From: an uncultured Gemmatimonadales bacterium
Lineage (GTDB): Bacteria > Gemmatimonadota > Gemmatimonadetes > Gemmatimonadales > GWC2-71-9
Length of the DNA stretch: 64,000 nt
Assembly: GCA_963709905.1 (NCBI GenBank)
Contig: CAVPYI010000001.1
Location: forward strand, 595,329 to 659,328
Direction of reading: 5' to 3'
The translations under genes and the position numbers were made by a program. The notes under the pieces are model-generated. The model did no database searches and was not told where the DNA came from. It saw nothing but the letters and a program-made list of their open reading frames with translations. Shown one piece after another: positions 41,143 through 51,338 of this stretch. Within the stretch, counting starts at the first letter, position 1; every line of letters starts with the position of its first letter.

Positions 41143-42288
41143 ATGACTGCCGTGCCCGCCCCTGCGCTCGCGCGCTACCGGGACGAGTTTCCCATCTTCC
41201 GGACCCGTCGCTACCTCAACAGCTGCTCGCTCGGAGCGCTCTCGGTGCGCACCCGGTCGGCGTTGACCGAATATCTGGATGGGTGGGAGGATCGCGGCGC
41301 CGCGGCGTGGTATGATACATGGCTGCCTGCGGTGGAGCGCCTGCGCGCCGGGTACGCCGCGACGATCGGCGCCCACTCGACGGCAATTTCCATCCACCCG
41401 TCGATTTCCTCGGCCCTCTCGGTGGTGGCCGAATCGCTCGACTACCGCCGCCGTCCGAGGGTGGTGACCACGAGTCTGGACTTCCCGACGGTGGCCTACC
41501 AATGGCTGGCCAAGGAGCACGTCGGGGTCGAGGTGGTGATCGTCGAGAGTCGCGATGGGACGACGGTCCCGCTCGAGCTTCTGGCCGCGGCCATCGACGA
41601 GCGCACGGCGCTGGTGGCGACGAGCCACGTCTTCTTCACCAGCGGAGCGATCCAGGACATCGGATCGCTGGCCTCCCTGGCCCATGCCCGCGGGGCGTTG
41701 CTGCTGGTGGACGGCTATCAGGCTGCCGGACAGATTCCGGTCGAGGTCGATGAGCTGGGCGCGGACTTCTACTGCTCCGGCGGGCTCAAGTGGCTGATCG
41801 GCGGCTCGGGGATTGCCTTTCTCTACGTGCGCCCGTCGCTGCACGCGGGCCTCGCACCCCGGATCGCGGGCTGGTTCGGCCACGCCGCCCAGTTCGATTT
41901 CGACAGCCACCGTCTGGTACGGGCCGCAGACGCGCGCCGATTCGACCTGGGGACGCCCTCGGTGGCCTCGGTCTATGCCCAGCTGGCCGGACTCGCGATC
42001 ATTGAGGAAATCGGAATCCCGGCGATCCGGGCAACGACGGCGGGGCTGACCGAGGACCTCATCAGCGCGCTGGTGGACCGCGGCGTGCGGCCCCGGGTCG
42101 CGTCGACGCCGAGAGAGCGGAGCGGGATCGTCATGATTCCCCGCCCGGACCCGCAGGCCGATGTCCGGGCCCTCATGGCCGAGGGGTTCGTGGTGGACGC
42201 GCGTCCCGGCCACGTCCGCGTGTCGCCCTATTTCTACAACCTTCCCGACGATCATCGATCCCTCGTGGAGTGCCTCTGCCGTGACTAA
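41143..42288 (+). CDS. class V aminotransferase-fold PLP enzyme (kynureninase / cysteine desulfurase-like)
   Basis: 381 aa: FPIFRTRRYLNSCSLGALS...LVATSHVFFTSGAIQDI...LLVDGYQAAGQIPVEVDELGADFYCSGGLKWL (PLP lysine context). Confidence 0.8.
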   Translation: MTAVPAPALARYRDEFPIFRTRRYLNSCSLGALSVRTRSALTEYLDGWEDRGAAAWYDTWLPAVERLRAGYAATIGAHSTAISIHPSISSALSVVAESLDYRRRPRVVTTSLDFPTVAYQWLAKEHVGVEVVIVESRDGTTVPLELLAAAIDERTALVATSHVFFTSGAIQDIGSLASLAHARGALLLVDGYQAAGQIPVEVDELGADFYCSGGLKWLIGGSGIAFLYVRPSLHAGLAPRIAGWFGHAAQFDFDSHRLVRAADARRFDLGTPSVASVYAQLAGLAIIEEIGIPAIRATTAGLTEDLISALVDRGVRPRVASTPRERSGIVMIPRPDPQADVRALMAEGFVVDARPGHVRVSPYFYNLPDDHRSLVECLCRD

Positions 42289-43045
42289 TCCCCTTCCCCC
42301 CCCGCCGTATCATCGCAATCGCCCCAGCGGCCCGACGGCGGACGAGCAGCTGCTCGAAAGCGCTGAGTTGCCGGAGCGCCCGGACGCGCTCCGCAAGACC
42401 GATCCCTGGCGGGTGCTCCGGATCATGGGGGAATTCGTCGAGGGCTTCGAGAAACTGGGGGACGTCCAGAACGCCGTCGCCATTTTCGGGTCGGCCCGGG
42501 TTGGCGAAGCCGATCCGTTCTACGCCAAGGCGATCGAGACCGCCACCCTGCTGGCGACGGCGGGCTTCCCGGTCATCACCGGCGGCGGGCCGGGGATCAT
42601 GGAAGCGGCGAACCGGGGCGCGGTCGAAGGCGAAGGCGTCTCGATCGGGTGCAACATCGAGCTGCCGCACGAGCAGGGGACGAATGCCTTTGTACGGCGC
42701 AGCATGTACTTCCGGTTCTTCTTCGTCCGCAAGACGATGTTCGCCAAGTACTCGATGGGATTCGTGGTGTTTCCCGGCGGGTTCGGCACCCTCGACGAGT
42801 TGTTCGAAGCGCTCACGCTCATCCAGACCGGCAAGGTAAGCCATTTCCCGGTGGTCCTGGTCGGCACGGAATACTGGGCCGGCCTGGTCGACTGGCTCCG
42901 CACGACCATGCTGGGCGAGGGCAAGATCGACCCGGCGGACATGAAGCTGTTCCAGGTGACCGACGACCCGGCGGAGGTACTGCGAATCATGCAGGTGGCG
43001 AGAGAAGATGGTGACTGGTCCGATGGCCGCGGAGTGGACCGATGA
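42281..43045 (+). CDS. LOG-family (TIGR00730) nucleotide phosphoribohydrolase-like protein
   Basis: GTG at 42281 within ORF 42161..43045; overlaps the upstream stop by 8 nt. Motifs [23 protein letters not shown] and [12 protein letters not shown]. Confidence 0.85.
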   Translation: MTNPLPPPPYHRNRPSGPTADEQLLESAELPERPDALRKTDPWRVLRIMGEFVEGFEKLGDVQNAVAIFGSARVGEADPFYAKAIETATLLATAGFPVITGGGPGIMEAANRGAVEGEGVSIGCNIELPHEQGTNAFVRRSMYFRFFFVRKTMFAKYSMGFVVFPGGFGTLDELFEALTLIQTGKVSHFPVVLVGTEYWAGLVDWLRTTMLGEGKIDPADMKLFQVTDDPAEVLRIMQVAREDGDWSDGRGVDR

Positions 43046-44172
43046 CCCGGCCAAGCACCGAGTACCTGCGCGGCCGCCGGATCAACCCCCAGGGGATCAC
43101 CGGCCAGGAGACGGCGGCCGATCTGCTCGACAACGCCTTTCTGGCCTTCAACGCCGGCCGGCTGCGCGAAGGCTGTCAGCTCTTCACCCAGCGGATGCTG
43201 GCCCCGGACTCGACCGTGGCGCTGAGTATCACGGGGGCAATGACCCCGGCGGGCCTGGGCATGAGCTGCCTGATTCCCCTGCTGGAAGCGGGATTCGTGG
43301 ACTGGGTCATCTCCACCGGCGCCAATCTGTACCACGACGCGCACTTCGGTCTCGGTCTTGCGATGCATCAGGGGAGCCATACCGCCGACGACGTCGCGCT
43401 CCGGGAAAAGGGCGTGGTGCGGATCTACGACATCTTCTTCGATTACTCGGTGCTGCTTTCGACCGACGCGTTCATCCGCGACGTTTCGGCGCGACCCGAG
43501 TTCCAGCGTCCGATGAGCACCGCGGAGTACCACTACCGGCTCGGGGGATACCTCGGGGAACGGGAGCAGGCGCTGGGTCTGAGCCGGCGCTCGGTCCTGT
43601 CGCGGGCCCACGAGCTGGAGGTCCCGATCTACACCAGCTCGCCGGGCGATAGCTCCATCGGGATGAACGTGGCGGAGCAGGCGCTGGCCGGGAGCAAGCT
43701 CCGTTTCGATGTGAGCGCGGACGTCAACGAAACCGCGGCGATCGTCCTGGAAGCCAAACGCACCGGTGGGAAGAGCGCGGCGTTCATCGTGGGCGGCGGC
43801 AGCCCGAAGAATTTCCTGCTCCAGACCGAACCTCAGATCCAGGAAGTGCTCGGGATCGACGAGCGGGGGCACGACTACTTCCTGCAGATGACCGACGCCC
43901 GGCCCGACACCGGCGGGCTCTCCGGCGCCACGCCCAACGAGGCGGTGAGCTGGGGGAAGATCGACCCGGACCAGCTGCCCGGGACGGTGGTGGTCTATCT
44001 CGACAACACCATCGGCCTGCCGCTGCTCACCGCGTACGCTCTGGCCCGTCATGCCCCCCGGCCGCTCAAGCGGCTGTACGCCCGGCGCGAGAAGATGATG
44101 GACCGGCTGGTTTCCGAGTACCGGGCGACGCTCGAGCGCAGGGATGAGCGGGCGGAGGAGGCCAAGCGGTAG
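43042..44172 (+). CDS. deoxyhypusine synthase-like protein
   Basis: 376 aa: [15 protein letters not shown]...[13 protein letters not shown]...[14 protein letters not shown]...[11 protein letters not shown]-family fold; its start overlaps the LOG stop (ATGA). Confidence 0.85.
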   Translation: MTRPSTEYLRGRRINPQGITGQETAADLLDNAFLAFNAGRLREGCQLFTQRMLAPDSTVALSITGAMTPAGLGMSCLIPLLEAGFVDWVISTGANLYHDAHFGLGLAMHQGSHTADDVALREKGVVRIYDIFFDYSVLLSTDAFIRDVSARPEFQRPMSTAEYHYRLGGYLGEREQALGLSRRSVLSRAHELEVPIYTSSPGDSSIGMNVAEQALAGSKLRFDVSADVNETAAIVLEAKRTGGKSAAFIVGGGSPKNFLLQTEPQIQEVLGIDERGHDYFLQMTDARPDTGGLSGATPNEAVSWGKIDPDQLPGTVVVYLDNTIGLPLLTAYALARHAPRPLKRLYARREKMMDRLVSEYRATLERRDERAEEAKR

Positions 44173-44213
44173 GAGAGCGCGGGCCGGCCTCGCGATGGCA
44201 CCCGCCGGTCTGG

Positions 44214-45278
44214 GTGCTGGTCTCTGTCGCCTGGCTCGGACCGGCGCTGCTCGCCGCGCTCCGGGCCTACCTGCAGGGGCGGCTCGGCAATTGGCAGCCG
44301 GCGACCTGGCGTACCCTGATCTGGGAGGGCGGGGACTGGCTGATCTACGGCCTGCTGACCCCGGTCGTCTTCTGGTGCGCGCGCCGCTATCCGCTCACGC
44401 AGGGCGCCGTCGCGCGGCGCCTGCCAATGCATCTCGTCGCGGCGGTCGTGCTCTGTGCCGCGTGGGCGGCCGGCGGGATTCTGCTGTGGCGGGCGGTGTA
44501 TCCCGATCCCTCGACCCCGTACGGGGGCGGGGTGGTGGGCTGGTTCCTGACCTCGCTCCCGTTCGGTGTCGCGGTCTACTTTGCGGTTCTGGGCGTGGAA
44601 CATGCCGTGTTCTACTTCGTCGAAGCGCGGGAGCGCGAGACCCAGGCCGCCCGGCTCTCCGCCCAGCTCGCCGAGGCTCGCCTGAGGGCGCTGCGGATGC
44701 AAATGCAGCCGCACTTCCTGTTCAACAGCCTCAACGCCATCACCGTGATCGTCCGCGATCGCGATACCGCCACTGCCACCCGAATGCTGGAACAGCTGGG
44801 CGAGATGCTCAGGCGGGTGATGCGGGCCGACCGCCCGCACGAGGTGACCCTGGCGGAGGAGCTGGATTTCGTCCGCCAGTTTCTGGCGATCGAGGAGATC
44901 CGGTTCTCCGATCGGCTTCGTCCGGTGATCGCGGCCGACCCCGACTTGCTCACGGCCGCGGTACCCGAGTTCCTGCTCCAACCGCTGGTGGAGAACGCGC
45001 TCCGGCACGGGCTCTCCCAGCGGGTGGGGGCGACCCTGCTCAAGGTCGAGGCCAGGCGAGAGGGAGATGAGCTGGTCATTTCGGTGACCGACGACGGCCC
45101 CGGGCCTGACGAGGCCGCCGCCGACCTCGTCGAGGGCGTCGGTCTCGGCAACACCCGGGCTCGGCTGGCGACGCTGTACGGCGACCGGGCCCGGCTGGAG
45201 CTGGTGGCGACGGCGGGTGGCGGAGCCGTGACGACGGTGCGGCTGCCCTATCGCGAGCTGGAGGCGGGGCGTGGCTGA
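44214..45278 (+). CDS. LytS/YehU-type sensor histidine kinase
   Basis: N-terminal TM helices, then the His_kinase box RMQMQPHFLFNSLNAI and the ATPase region LLQPLVENALRHG...VTDDGPG...GVGLGNTRARL. Confidence 0.9.
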   Translation: MLVSVAWLGPALLAALRAYLQGRLGNWQPATWRTLIWEGGDWLIYGLLTPVVFWCARRYPLTQGAVARRLPMHLVAAVVLCAAWAAGGILLWRAVYPDPSTPYGGGVVGWFLTSLPFGVAVYFAVLGVEHAVFYFVEARERETQAARLSAQLAEARLRALRMQMQPHFLFNSLNAITVIVRDRDTATATRMLEQLGEMLRRVMRADRPHEVTLAEELDFVRQFLAIEEIRFSDRLRPVIAADPDLLTAAVPEFLLQPLVENALRHGLSQRVGATLLKVEARREGDELVISVTDDGPGPDEAAADLVEGVGLGNTRARLATLYGDRARLELVATAGGGAVTTVRLPYRELEAGRG

Positions 45279-46086
45279 GATCCGGGCCTTGATCGCGGAC
45301 GACGAACCGCCGGCGCGCCGGGGTATCCGCCAGCTGCTGGCGGCCTATCCCGACATCGCGGTGATCGGCGAGTGCCGCGACGGCCGTGAGACTCTCCGTG
45401 CCCTGGCGACACTCGCGCCGGATCTGGTCTTCCTGGACATCCAGATGCCGGGGCTGGACGGTCTGGAGGTCATTCGACTGCACGGCGCGGAACGGATGCC
45501 GGCCGTGGTCTTCATTACCGCCCATGACGAATTCGCGGTGCGGGCATTCGAGGCGCAGGCGCTCGACTATCTGGTGAAACCGCTGAGCGAGGCGCGCTTC
45601 CGCGCCGCAATCGAGCGGGTACGGGAGCGGATGCGGGTGCGGGATGCGATGACCCTGGCGGCGCGCCTCAGTGCCTTGCTCGAGAGCGATCGGATGCGTC
45701 CGCCCGGACTGGCCCGCGCTCCCGCGCGCGCCGGAGGCGCCGGGCGAATCGCGGTGACCACCGAGCTGGGTCAGTTGCTGCTGGATCCGGAGGAGATCGA
45801 CTGGATCGGGGCCGAGGACTACTATGCCGGGATTCACGCCCGCGACCAGCACTACCGGGTACGTGAATCGCTGTCCGCGCTCGAAACCCTGCTCGACCCG
45901 GCGAGTTTCCTTCGGATCCACCGCTCGGTGATCGTACGGCTGGAACAGGTGCGGGAACTGGTCAGCGACGGCTCGCCGGACCAGGAGGCGGTCGTGGTCC
46001 TCAGGGACGGCACCCGACTCCCGGTGAGCCGACGTCGACTCCCCAGGGTCAAGTCGCTCCTCCGGCCGGCGCCGCGGCGGACCTAG
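45271..46086 (+). CDS. LytTR-family response regulator
   Basis: Receiver domain (ALIADDEPPAR...VFLDIQMPGLDG...YLVKP) plus a LytTR DNA-binding domain (IDWIGAEDYYAGIHARDQHYRVRESLSALE...FLRIHRSVIV). Overlaps the kinase stop by 8 nt. Confidence 0.93.
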   Translation: MAEIRALIADDEPPARRGIRQLLAAYPDIAVIGECRDGRETLRALATLAPDLVFLDIQMPGLDGLEVIRLHGAERMPAVVFITAHDEFAVRAFEAQALDYLVKPLSEARFRAAIERVRERMRVRDAMTLAARLSALLESDRMRPPGLARAPARAGGAGRIAVTTELGQLLLDPEEIDWIGAEDYYAGIHARDQHYRVRESLSALETLLDPASFLRIHRSVIVRLEQVRELVSDGSPDQEAVVVLRDGTRLPVSRRRLPRVKSLLRPAPRRT

Positions 46087-46254
46087 CGCCGTTTGCCGCT
46101 GGCTGCACCGTGGCCGCCGTCGACCGCGATTCCTGCCCCGCTTGCGGCGCGGCCATTGACGACTCTCCCGAGGAATCCTACGGTCGTGGGGCGTGCCGAG
46201 CGGATCCACCCACCCGTGACCTAGAGTCGGATAGCGCCAAGCCTCGAGGCGACC

Positions 46255-47577
46255 ATGACGGATGATCCCCGCGCCGCCTTCATCGAGGCCGCGGTGTGGC
46301 ACGGCACGCTGGACCGGGCCGAATCGTTGCTGGCCGCGCACCCCCAGATCGCGGCCAGCGACATCCATACCGCCGCGCTCCTCGGCGACGATGAGGCGGT
46401 GCGCCGGTTCCTTGCGCGCGATCAGGGGAACGCCACCGCCAGGAGCGGCCCCCTGGGATGGGACGCGTTGACCCACCTCTGCTTTTCCAAGTACCTCCGG
46501 TTCGATCGGGCGCGGTCGGAGAGATTCGTGCGGGCTGCGACGGCGCTGCTCGACGCCGGGGCCAGCGCCAGTACCGGATTCCTGGCCGACGACCACCAGC
46601 CGCGTCCCGAATTCGAGAGCGTGCTCTACGGCGCCGCGGGCGTCGCGCACCACGCCGAGCTGACCCGGCTGCTGCTGTCGCGGGGCGCCGATCCCAACGA
46701 CGAAGAAGTTCCCTACCATGCACCGGAGAACTACGACAACGCCGCGATGAAAGTGCTGGTGGAGAGTGGGAGGCTCAGCCCCGACAGCCTCGCCACCATG
46801 CTGCTCCGCAAGGCGGACTGGCACGACTTCGAAGGCATCAGGTATCTGCTCGAGCATGGCGCCGATGCGAACCGCATGACCCGGTGGCATCACACCGCGC
46901 TGCACCAGGCCCTGCGGCGCGACAATCAGGTCGAGATCATCGCGGTCATGCTCGACCATGGGGCCGATCCGACGCTCCGGACCAGGCTGGATGGCAGGAC
47001 GGGGGTGGCGATCGCCGCCCGCCGGGGACGAGGCGACGTGCTCGACCTGTTCGAGCGGCGCCGGATTCCGATCGAGCTGGGCGGGGTCGAGCGGCTGATC
47101 GCCGCCTGCGCCAGAAACGACGGGCCCGGCATCCGGGCCATGGTCGAGGCCGAGCCCGCGCTGTTGCGGGAGATCCTGGCGATGGGCGGTACCCTGCTGG
47201 CGCAGTTTGCCGGGACGGCGAATCGCGATGGCGTCAGGCAGCTGCTCGATCTGGGCGTGGACGTCGGGGCGTTGTACACCGAGGGGGACGGCTATTTCGA
47301 CATCGCGGAGAACAGCACGGCGCTGCATGTGGCGGCGTGGCGTGCGTGGCACTCGACCGTCAAGCTGCTCATCGAGCGCGGAGCGCCGATCGACGCGCCG
47401 GATGGCAAGGGACGCACCGCGCTGGCTCTCGCCGTGAAGGCCTGTGTAGACTCCTATTGGAGTGACCGCCGGTCCCCTGAATCGGTACAGGCGCTGCTCC
47501 AGGCCGGGGCCTCGGTGCAGGGTGTCCCCTTCCCGTCAGGGTATGCGGAGGCCGACCAGCTGCTGGGAGGCAGATGA
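46255..47577 (+). CDS. ankyrin-repeat protein (440 aa)
   Basis: Repeated ...LL..GADPN... units: HHAELTRLLLSRGADPND, TALHQALRRDNQVEIIAVMLDHGADP, TALHVAAWRAWHSTVKLLIERGAPIDAPDGKGRTAL. No signal peptide seen. Confidence 0.85.
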   Translation: MTDDPRAAFIEAAVWHGTLDRAESLLAAHPQIAASDIHTAALLGDDEAVRRFLARDQGNATARSGPLGWDALTHLCFSKYLRFDRARSERFVRAATALLDAGASASTGFLADDHQPRPEFESVLYGAAGVAHHAELTRLLLSRGADPNDEEVPYHAPENYDNAAMKVLVESGRLSPDSLATMLLRKADWHDFEGIRYLLEHGADANRMTRWHHTALHQALRRDNQVEIIAVMLDHGADPTLRTRLDGRTGVAIAARRGRGDVLDLFERRRIPIELGGVERLIAACARNDGPGIRAMVEAEPALLREILAMGGTLLAQFAGTANRDGVRQLLDLGVDVGALYTEGDGYFDIAENSTALHVAAWRAWHSTVKLLIERGAPIDAPDGKGRTALALAVKACVDSYWSDRRSPESVQALLQAGASVQGVPFPSGYAEADQLLGGR

Positions 47578-47586
47578 ACGCGATCG

Positions 47587-49209
47587 GTGGCCGGCGTGTT
47601 CCAGCCCGATGAGCTGCGCGGTAACCGGCGTCTGGTCTGGTCGACCGGGACCGGGGCCGCGGTGTGGGAGTTGTTCGGTGCGTGCGTAGCGGGCGACCTG
47701 GGGACCGTCGAGCGGCTGGTTCAGGATGATCCGTCGATCGTGCGGGCGCATTACGCCTACCGGAAGCCGCTGTACTTCGCCGTGCGCGAGAACCGGATCG
47801 AGGTGGCTGCATTCCTGCTCGAACGGGACCCTGAGCCGGTCGGGCTGGCGGTGCACGACACCCTGGTCGACATTGCGCGCGACCGCGGCTATGCCGAGAT
47901 GGTCAGGCTGCTGGAGACCAGGCTCGCCAGTCGGCACAACGCCTCCGCCAGGGGAGAGCCGGTTGCCGCCGCGATCCGCGAGCGCTCGCTCGAGAGGGTG
48001 AGGCGCCTGCTGGACGCGTCGGCGGATCTGCTGCATGCCGGTGACCTGCGATCCAATCAGCCGATTCACTGGGCGGCGATGACGCGGCAGATCGACATCA
48101 TCGACGAGCTGCTGCAGCGCGGCGCGGACATCAACGCCCGCCGCATGGACGGGGCGCGTCCGATTCAGCTCACCAATGGTGATTACCACTATCGCGGGTG
48201 GCGGGACGTGCCGCCGGATGTGGCGACCACGCCGGCCGCGGTGATCGCGCATCTCCGGGCCCGGGGCGCGTATTGCGACATCAGCACCGCGTCCCATCTC
48301 GGCGACCTGGACCGGGTGCGCCAGCTGCTCGACGATGATCCCTCGCTGGCCAACCGGGTCGCGGAGTACGTGACGTACTATCCGTGTTCCGGGGCTCCCC
48401 TGAGGAACGCCGCGGCCCGGGGGCACATGGAGATCGTCAAACTGCTGCTCGAGCGCGGCGCCGATCCGAATCTTCCCGAGGAGGGCATCGCGCCGCGCGG
48501 GCACGCGCTCTACGCCGCCGTCTCCAACGGTCACCACGACATCGCGGTGCTCCTGCTCAAGCACGGCGCCGATCCGAGTCCGCCGGTCGAAAGTTCGGCC
48601 GATGCCCTGAGCATCGCCATCAGTAACGCCGACCAGCGGATGATCGACTTGCTCCGTTCCCATGGTTCCACGCGATCGGTGGAACTCCTGGCCTATTACG
48701 GCGACGTTCAGGCGGCCGCGGCGGTCTTCGCGACCGATCCGGCGCTGGCCGACGACCCCAGAGCGCTGGAAAACGCCGCGGAGGAGGGCCACGACGGATT
48801 CGTCCGGCTCATGCTCCGGTACCAGCCCGGCCTGGCACGGCGCGTCGGGGTAGGCGCCCGGACGCGCGCATTGACCGAGCTGCTCTTCGCCCACGGGATG
48901 GATCCGAGCCACCCGGACTGGTTGGGGGTCACCCCCCTCCACCGGTTCGCGCGGCAGGGGAATCTGGAGCAGGCGGAGATCTTCATCGAACGTGGGGCGG
49001 ACCTCCACCCGCGGGACGACGACATCCGCTCCACGCCCCTCGGGTGGGCGGCCAAGTTCGGTCAGGCGCCAATGGTCCGGCTGCTGCTGAGCCGCGGTGC
49101 CAGGCCGAGTCTGCCAGACGATCCACCATGGGCCACGCCAGTGGCGTGGGCCAGCCGGCGCGGACACCCGGACATTGTCGAACTCCTGCACCAGAACGGA
49201 GCCGGCTGA
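47587..49209 (+). CDS. ankyrin-repeat protein (about 520-540 aa)
   Basis: NQPIHWAAMTRQIDIIDELLQRGADINA, LRNAAARGHMEIVKLLLERGADPN, ALYAAVSNGHHDIAVLLLKHGADP, TPLHRFARQGNLEQAEIFIERGADLH, TPLGWAAKFGQAPMVRLLLSRGARP. The start may be a downstream GTG near 47659. Confidence 0.85.
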   Translation: MAGVFQPDELRGNRRLVWSTGTGAAVWELFGACVAGDLGTVERLVQDDPSIVRAHYAYRKPLYFAVRENRIEVAAFLLERDPEPVGLAVHDTLVDIARDRGYAEMVRLLETRLASRHNASARGEPVAAAIRERSLERVRRLLDASADLLHAGDLRSNQPIHWAAMTRQIDIIDELLQRGADINARRMDGARPIQLTNGDYHYRGWRDVPPDVATTPAAVIAHLRARGAYCDISTASHLGDLDRVRQLLDDDPSLANRVAEYVTYYPCSGAPLRNAAARGHMEIVKLLLERGADPNLPEEGIAPRGHALYAAVSNGHHDIAVLLLKHGADPSPPVESSADALSIAISNADQRMIDLLRSHGSTRSVELLAYYGDVQAAAAVFATDPALADDPRALENAAEEGHDGFVRLMLRYQPGLARRVGVGARTRALTELLFAHGMDPSHPDWLGVTPLHRFARQGNLEQAEIFIERGADLHPRDDDIRSTPLGWAAKFGQAPMVRLLLSRGARPSLPDDPPWATPVAWASRRGHPDIVELLHQNGAG

Positions 49210-49973
49210 TGCGAGTCCCCGCCATCGTGGCTCCGGTGAGCCGTCACCTGAGCGTGGCCGACGTCGAGCGCAGTCTCGGTTTTTACCGCGACGTGCTCGG
49301 CTTCGAGGCGCGGGCCCTGCTGGAGGGCGACGGTCTTCCCGCCGTGGCGGAGGTCGTGTCTGGGCCAGCGCGCATCCAGCTCGGCACCCAGCCCGACGCC
49401 TACGACAGCACGGGCGAGCGCCGGCCCCGGGGAGCGGCCATCCTGTTCCTCGAGACCGACGACGTCGCCGCCCTGCGCGAGGCGGTCAAGGCGCGGGGCG
49501 GCAGACCGAGCGAACTGGAGAAGGCCAACGGGATCAAGATGCGGGTGTTCGAGATTCGCGATCCGGACGGTCACGCGCTGTGGTTCGGGCAGTCGTTTCA
49601 GGAGCCGGAACGCGGCAAGGACCCACTGCGCCAGTGCTGGAGGATCCTGCCCGAGCTGCCCCTGTCCAATGTTCCCGCCGGCGTGGCATACTACAGGGAC
49701 ATCCTGGGGTTCAGGATCAATTATGCGGCCGGCGACATCGGCGTGATGGACCGTGACGACATCACGCTCCTGCTGATCGCACGGGGCGAGCGACACAGCG
49801 CGACCGGATCGTGTTACGTCTACGTCCGCGATGCCGACGCGCTGCATGCCGAGTTGCTGGCCCGGGGCGCCAACGTCCGGGGGTCGCCGATCAGCCACCC
49901 ATGGGGCCTGCGCGACTTCGAGGTGCTCGATCCCGAGGTCAATCGACTGACCTTCGGGCAGCCGTTCGAATGA
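49209..49973 (+). CDS. two-domain VOC (glyoxalase/bleomycin-resistance) protein
   Basis: ATG at 49209 overlaps the upstream stop. Two repeats of the fold: SVADVERSLGFYRDVLGF...IRDPDGHALWFGQ and SNVPAGVAYYRDILGF...VLDPEVNRLTFGQ. Confidence 0.85.
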   Translation: MRVPAIVAPVSRHLSVADVERSLGFYRDVLGFEARALLEGDGLPAVAEVVSGPARIQLGTQPDAYDSTGERRPRGAAILFLETDDVAALREAVKARGGRPSELEKANGIKMRVFEIRDPDGHALWFGQSFQEPERGKDPLRQCWRILPELPLSNVPAGVAYYRDILGFRINYAAGDIGVMDRDDITLLLIARGERHSATGSCYVYVRDADALHAELLARGANVRGSPISHPWGLRDFEVLDPEVNRLTFGQPFE

Positions 49974-50025
49974 AGGCCCGAACCGGCGCCTGGTCCAGAT
50001 CAATCGCACATCGAGCCCGAATCAC

Positions 50026-50973
50026 ATGAAACACCCGATCCTCGGCCTGCACCACGTCACGGCGACGGTCAACGACGCCCAGGAGGATCTCGATTTCTAT
50101 CTGGGAGTGCTCGGTCTCCGGCTGGTCAAGCGGACGATCAACTTCGACAATCGTCGAGTCTACCACTTCTACTACGGGACCGAGGCCGGTGCGCCCGGCA
50201 CCATCTGGACGACGTTTCCCTACAAGGGTCAGGGTGTCCCGATCGGACAGAAGGGGGCAGGGCAGATCACCGTCACCTCGTTCTCCGTCCCCGCCGGCTC
50301 GCTTGGGTTCTGGACCGCCCGGTTCAGGGAGCATGGGGTCAGCGTGCGGAGCGTGGCACCGCGGTTTGGCACGGAATCGCTCCTGGTGGAGGATCCCTCC
50401 GGCCTGGGAATCGAGCTCCGCGCCGGCGACCGGGATCGTCGCGCGCCGTGGGCCGGGGGGCCGGTGGGGTCGGAAGCGGCGATTCGGGGGCTGGACAGCG
50501 TCACGCTGCTCGTCAAATCACCCGACCGCACGGTCGAGCTGATGACCAGCCTGCTTGGCTTCGGCATGGTGCATGAAGCGAACGGCCGGTTTCGATTGGG
50601 AGTGCAGGGCGACCAGCCGGGGAGGACCGTTGAAATCGTCGCCGACCCCGAGGCGGAGCCCGCGCGCAACGGGCTGGGCACGGTGCACCACGTCGCCCTC
50701 GCGATCCAGACACCGGAACAGCAGCTCCGCCTTCGTCAGGAGCTGGTCGAGCTCGGGTACCAGGTGACGGAGGTGCTGGATCGGCAGTACTTCAGATCGA
50801 TCTACTTCCGGGAACCGGCGGGGGTGTTGCTCGAGGTCGCGACCATGGCGCCTGGCTTCACCATCGACGAGGAGCCTGCTTCACTGGGCCGGAGCCTGAA
50901 ACTCCCCCCGTGGGAGGAGGGAAACCGGAAGGCAATCGAGCACGGGCTACCGATTGTCACTCAGCGCGGCTGA
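50026..50973 (+). CDS. ring-cleaving dioxygenase of the VOC superfamily (MhqO/YfiE-like)
   Basis: 315 aa: ILGLHHVTATVNDAQEDLDFYLGVLGLRLVKRTINFD...YHFYYG...GTVHHVALAI...YFRSIYFREPAGVLLEVAT. Confidence 0.88.
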   Translation: MKHPILGLHHVTATVNDAQEDLDFYLGVLGLRLVKRTINFDNRRVYHFYYGTEAGAPGTIWTTFPYKGQGVPIGQKGAGQITVTSFSVPAGSLGFWTARFREHGVSVRSVAPRFGTESLLVEDPSGLGIELRAGDRDRRAPWAGGPVGSEAAIRGLDSVTLLVKSPDRTVELMTSLLGFGMVHEANGRFRLGVQGDQPGRTVEIVADPEAEPARNGLGTVHHVALAIQTPEQQLRLRQELVELGYQVTEVLDRQYFRSIYFREPAGVLLEVATMAPGFTIDEEPASLGRSLKLPPWEEGNRKAIEHGLPIVTQRG

Positions 50974-50986
50974 CGACGGCCCGTGG

Positions 50987-51325
50987 CTAGCGGGCTCCGC
51001 GGAACATCAGCTCCACCAACTCGTCGTACATTGCCTCGGCGGCGTCTGGGTCGTCCGCCCGAATGGCGGCCGTGGCACAGTGTTTCAGGTGGTTCCGCAA
51101 CAGTTCGCGTCCCACCCCGCGGAGCGCCTCCTGCACCGATGAGACCTGGGTGATCACGTCGGCGCAGTAGCGCTGCTCCTCCACCATCTTCTGGAGGCCT
51201 CGGACCTGACCTTCGACCCGCCGGAGCCGAGTGAGAACCCCCGCCTTGATCTCGGGGTCGACGGCGACGGCGTGACGGTCACCCGCGGCGCAGGCGCAGG
51301 GGACGTTCACTGGGGAGTCTGACAT
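50987..51325 (-). CDS. csoR: CsoR/RcnR-family metal-sensing repressor
   Basis: ATG at 51325 within ORF 50987..51394. RLRRVEGQVRGLQKMVEEQRYCADVITQVSSVQEAL...LRNHLKHC carries the C-H-C copper ligand pattern. The upstream 23 codons of the track ORF are repeat-encoded and rejected. Confidence 0.9.
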   Translation of the reverse strand: MSDSPVNVPCACAAGDRHAVAVDPEIKAGVLTRLRRVEGQVRGLQKMVEEQRYCADVITQVSSVQEALRGVGRELLRNHLKHCATAAIRADDPDAAEAMYDELVELMFRGAR

Positions 51326-51338
51326 AAGCGCTCCTGGC

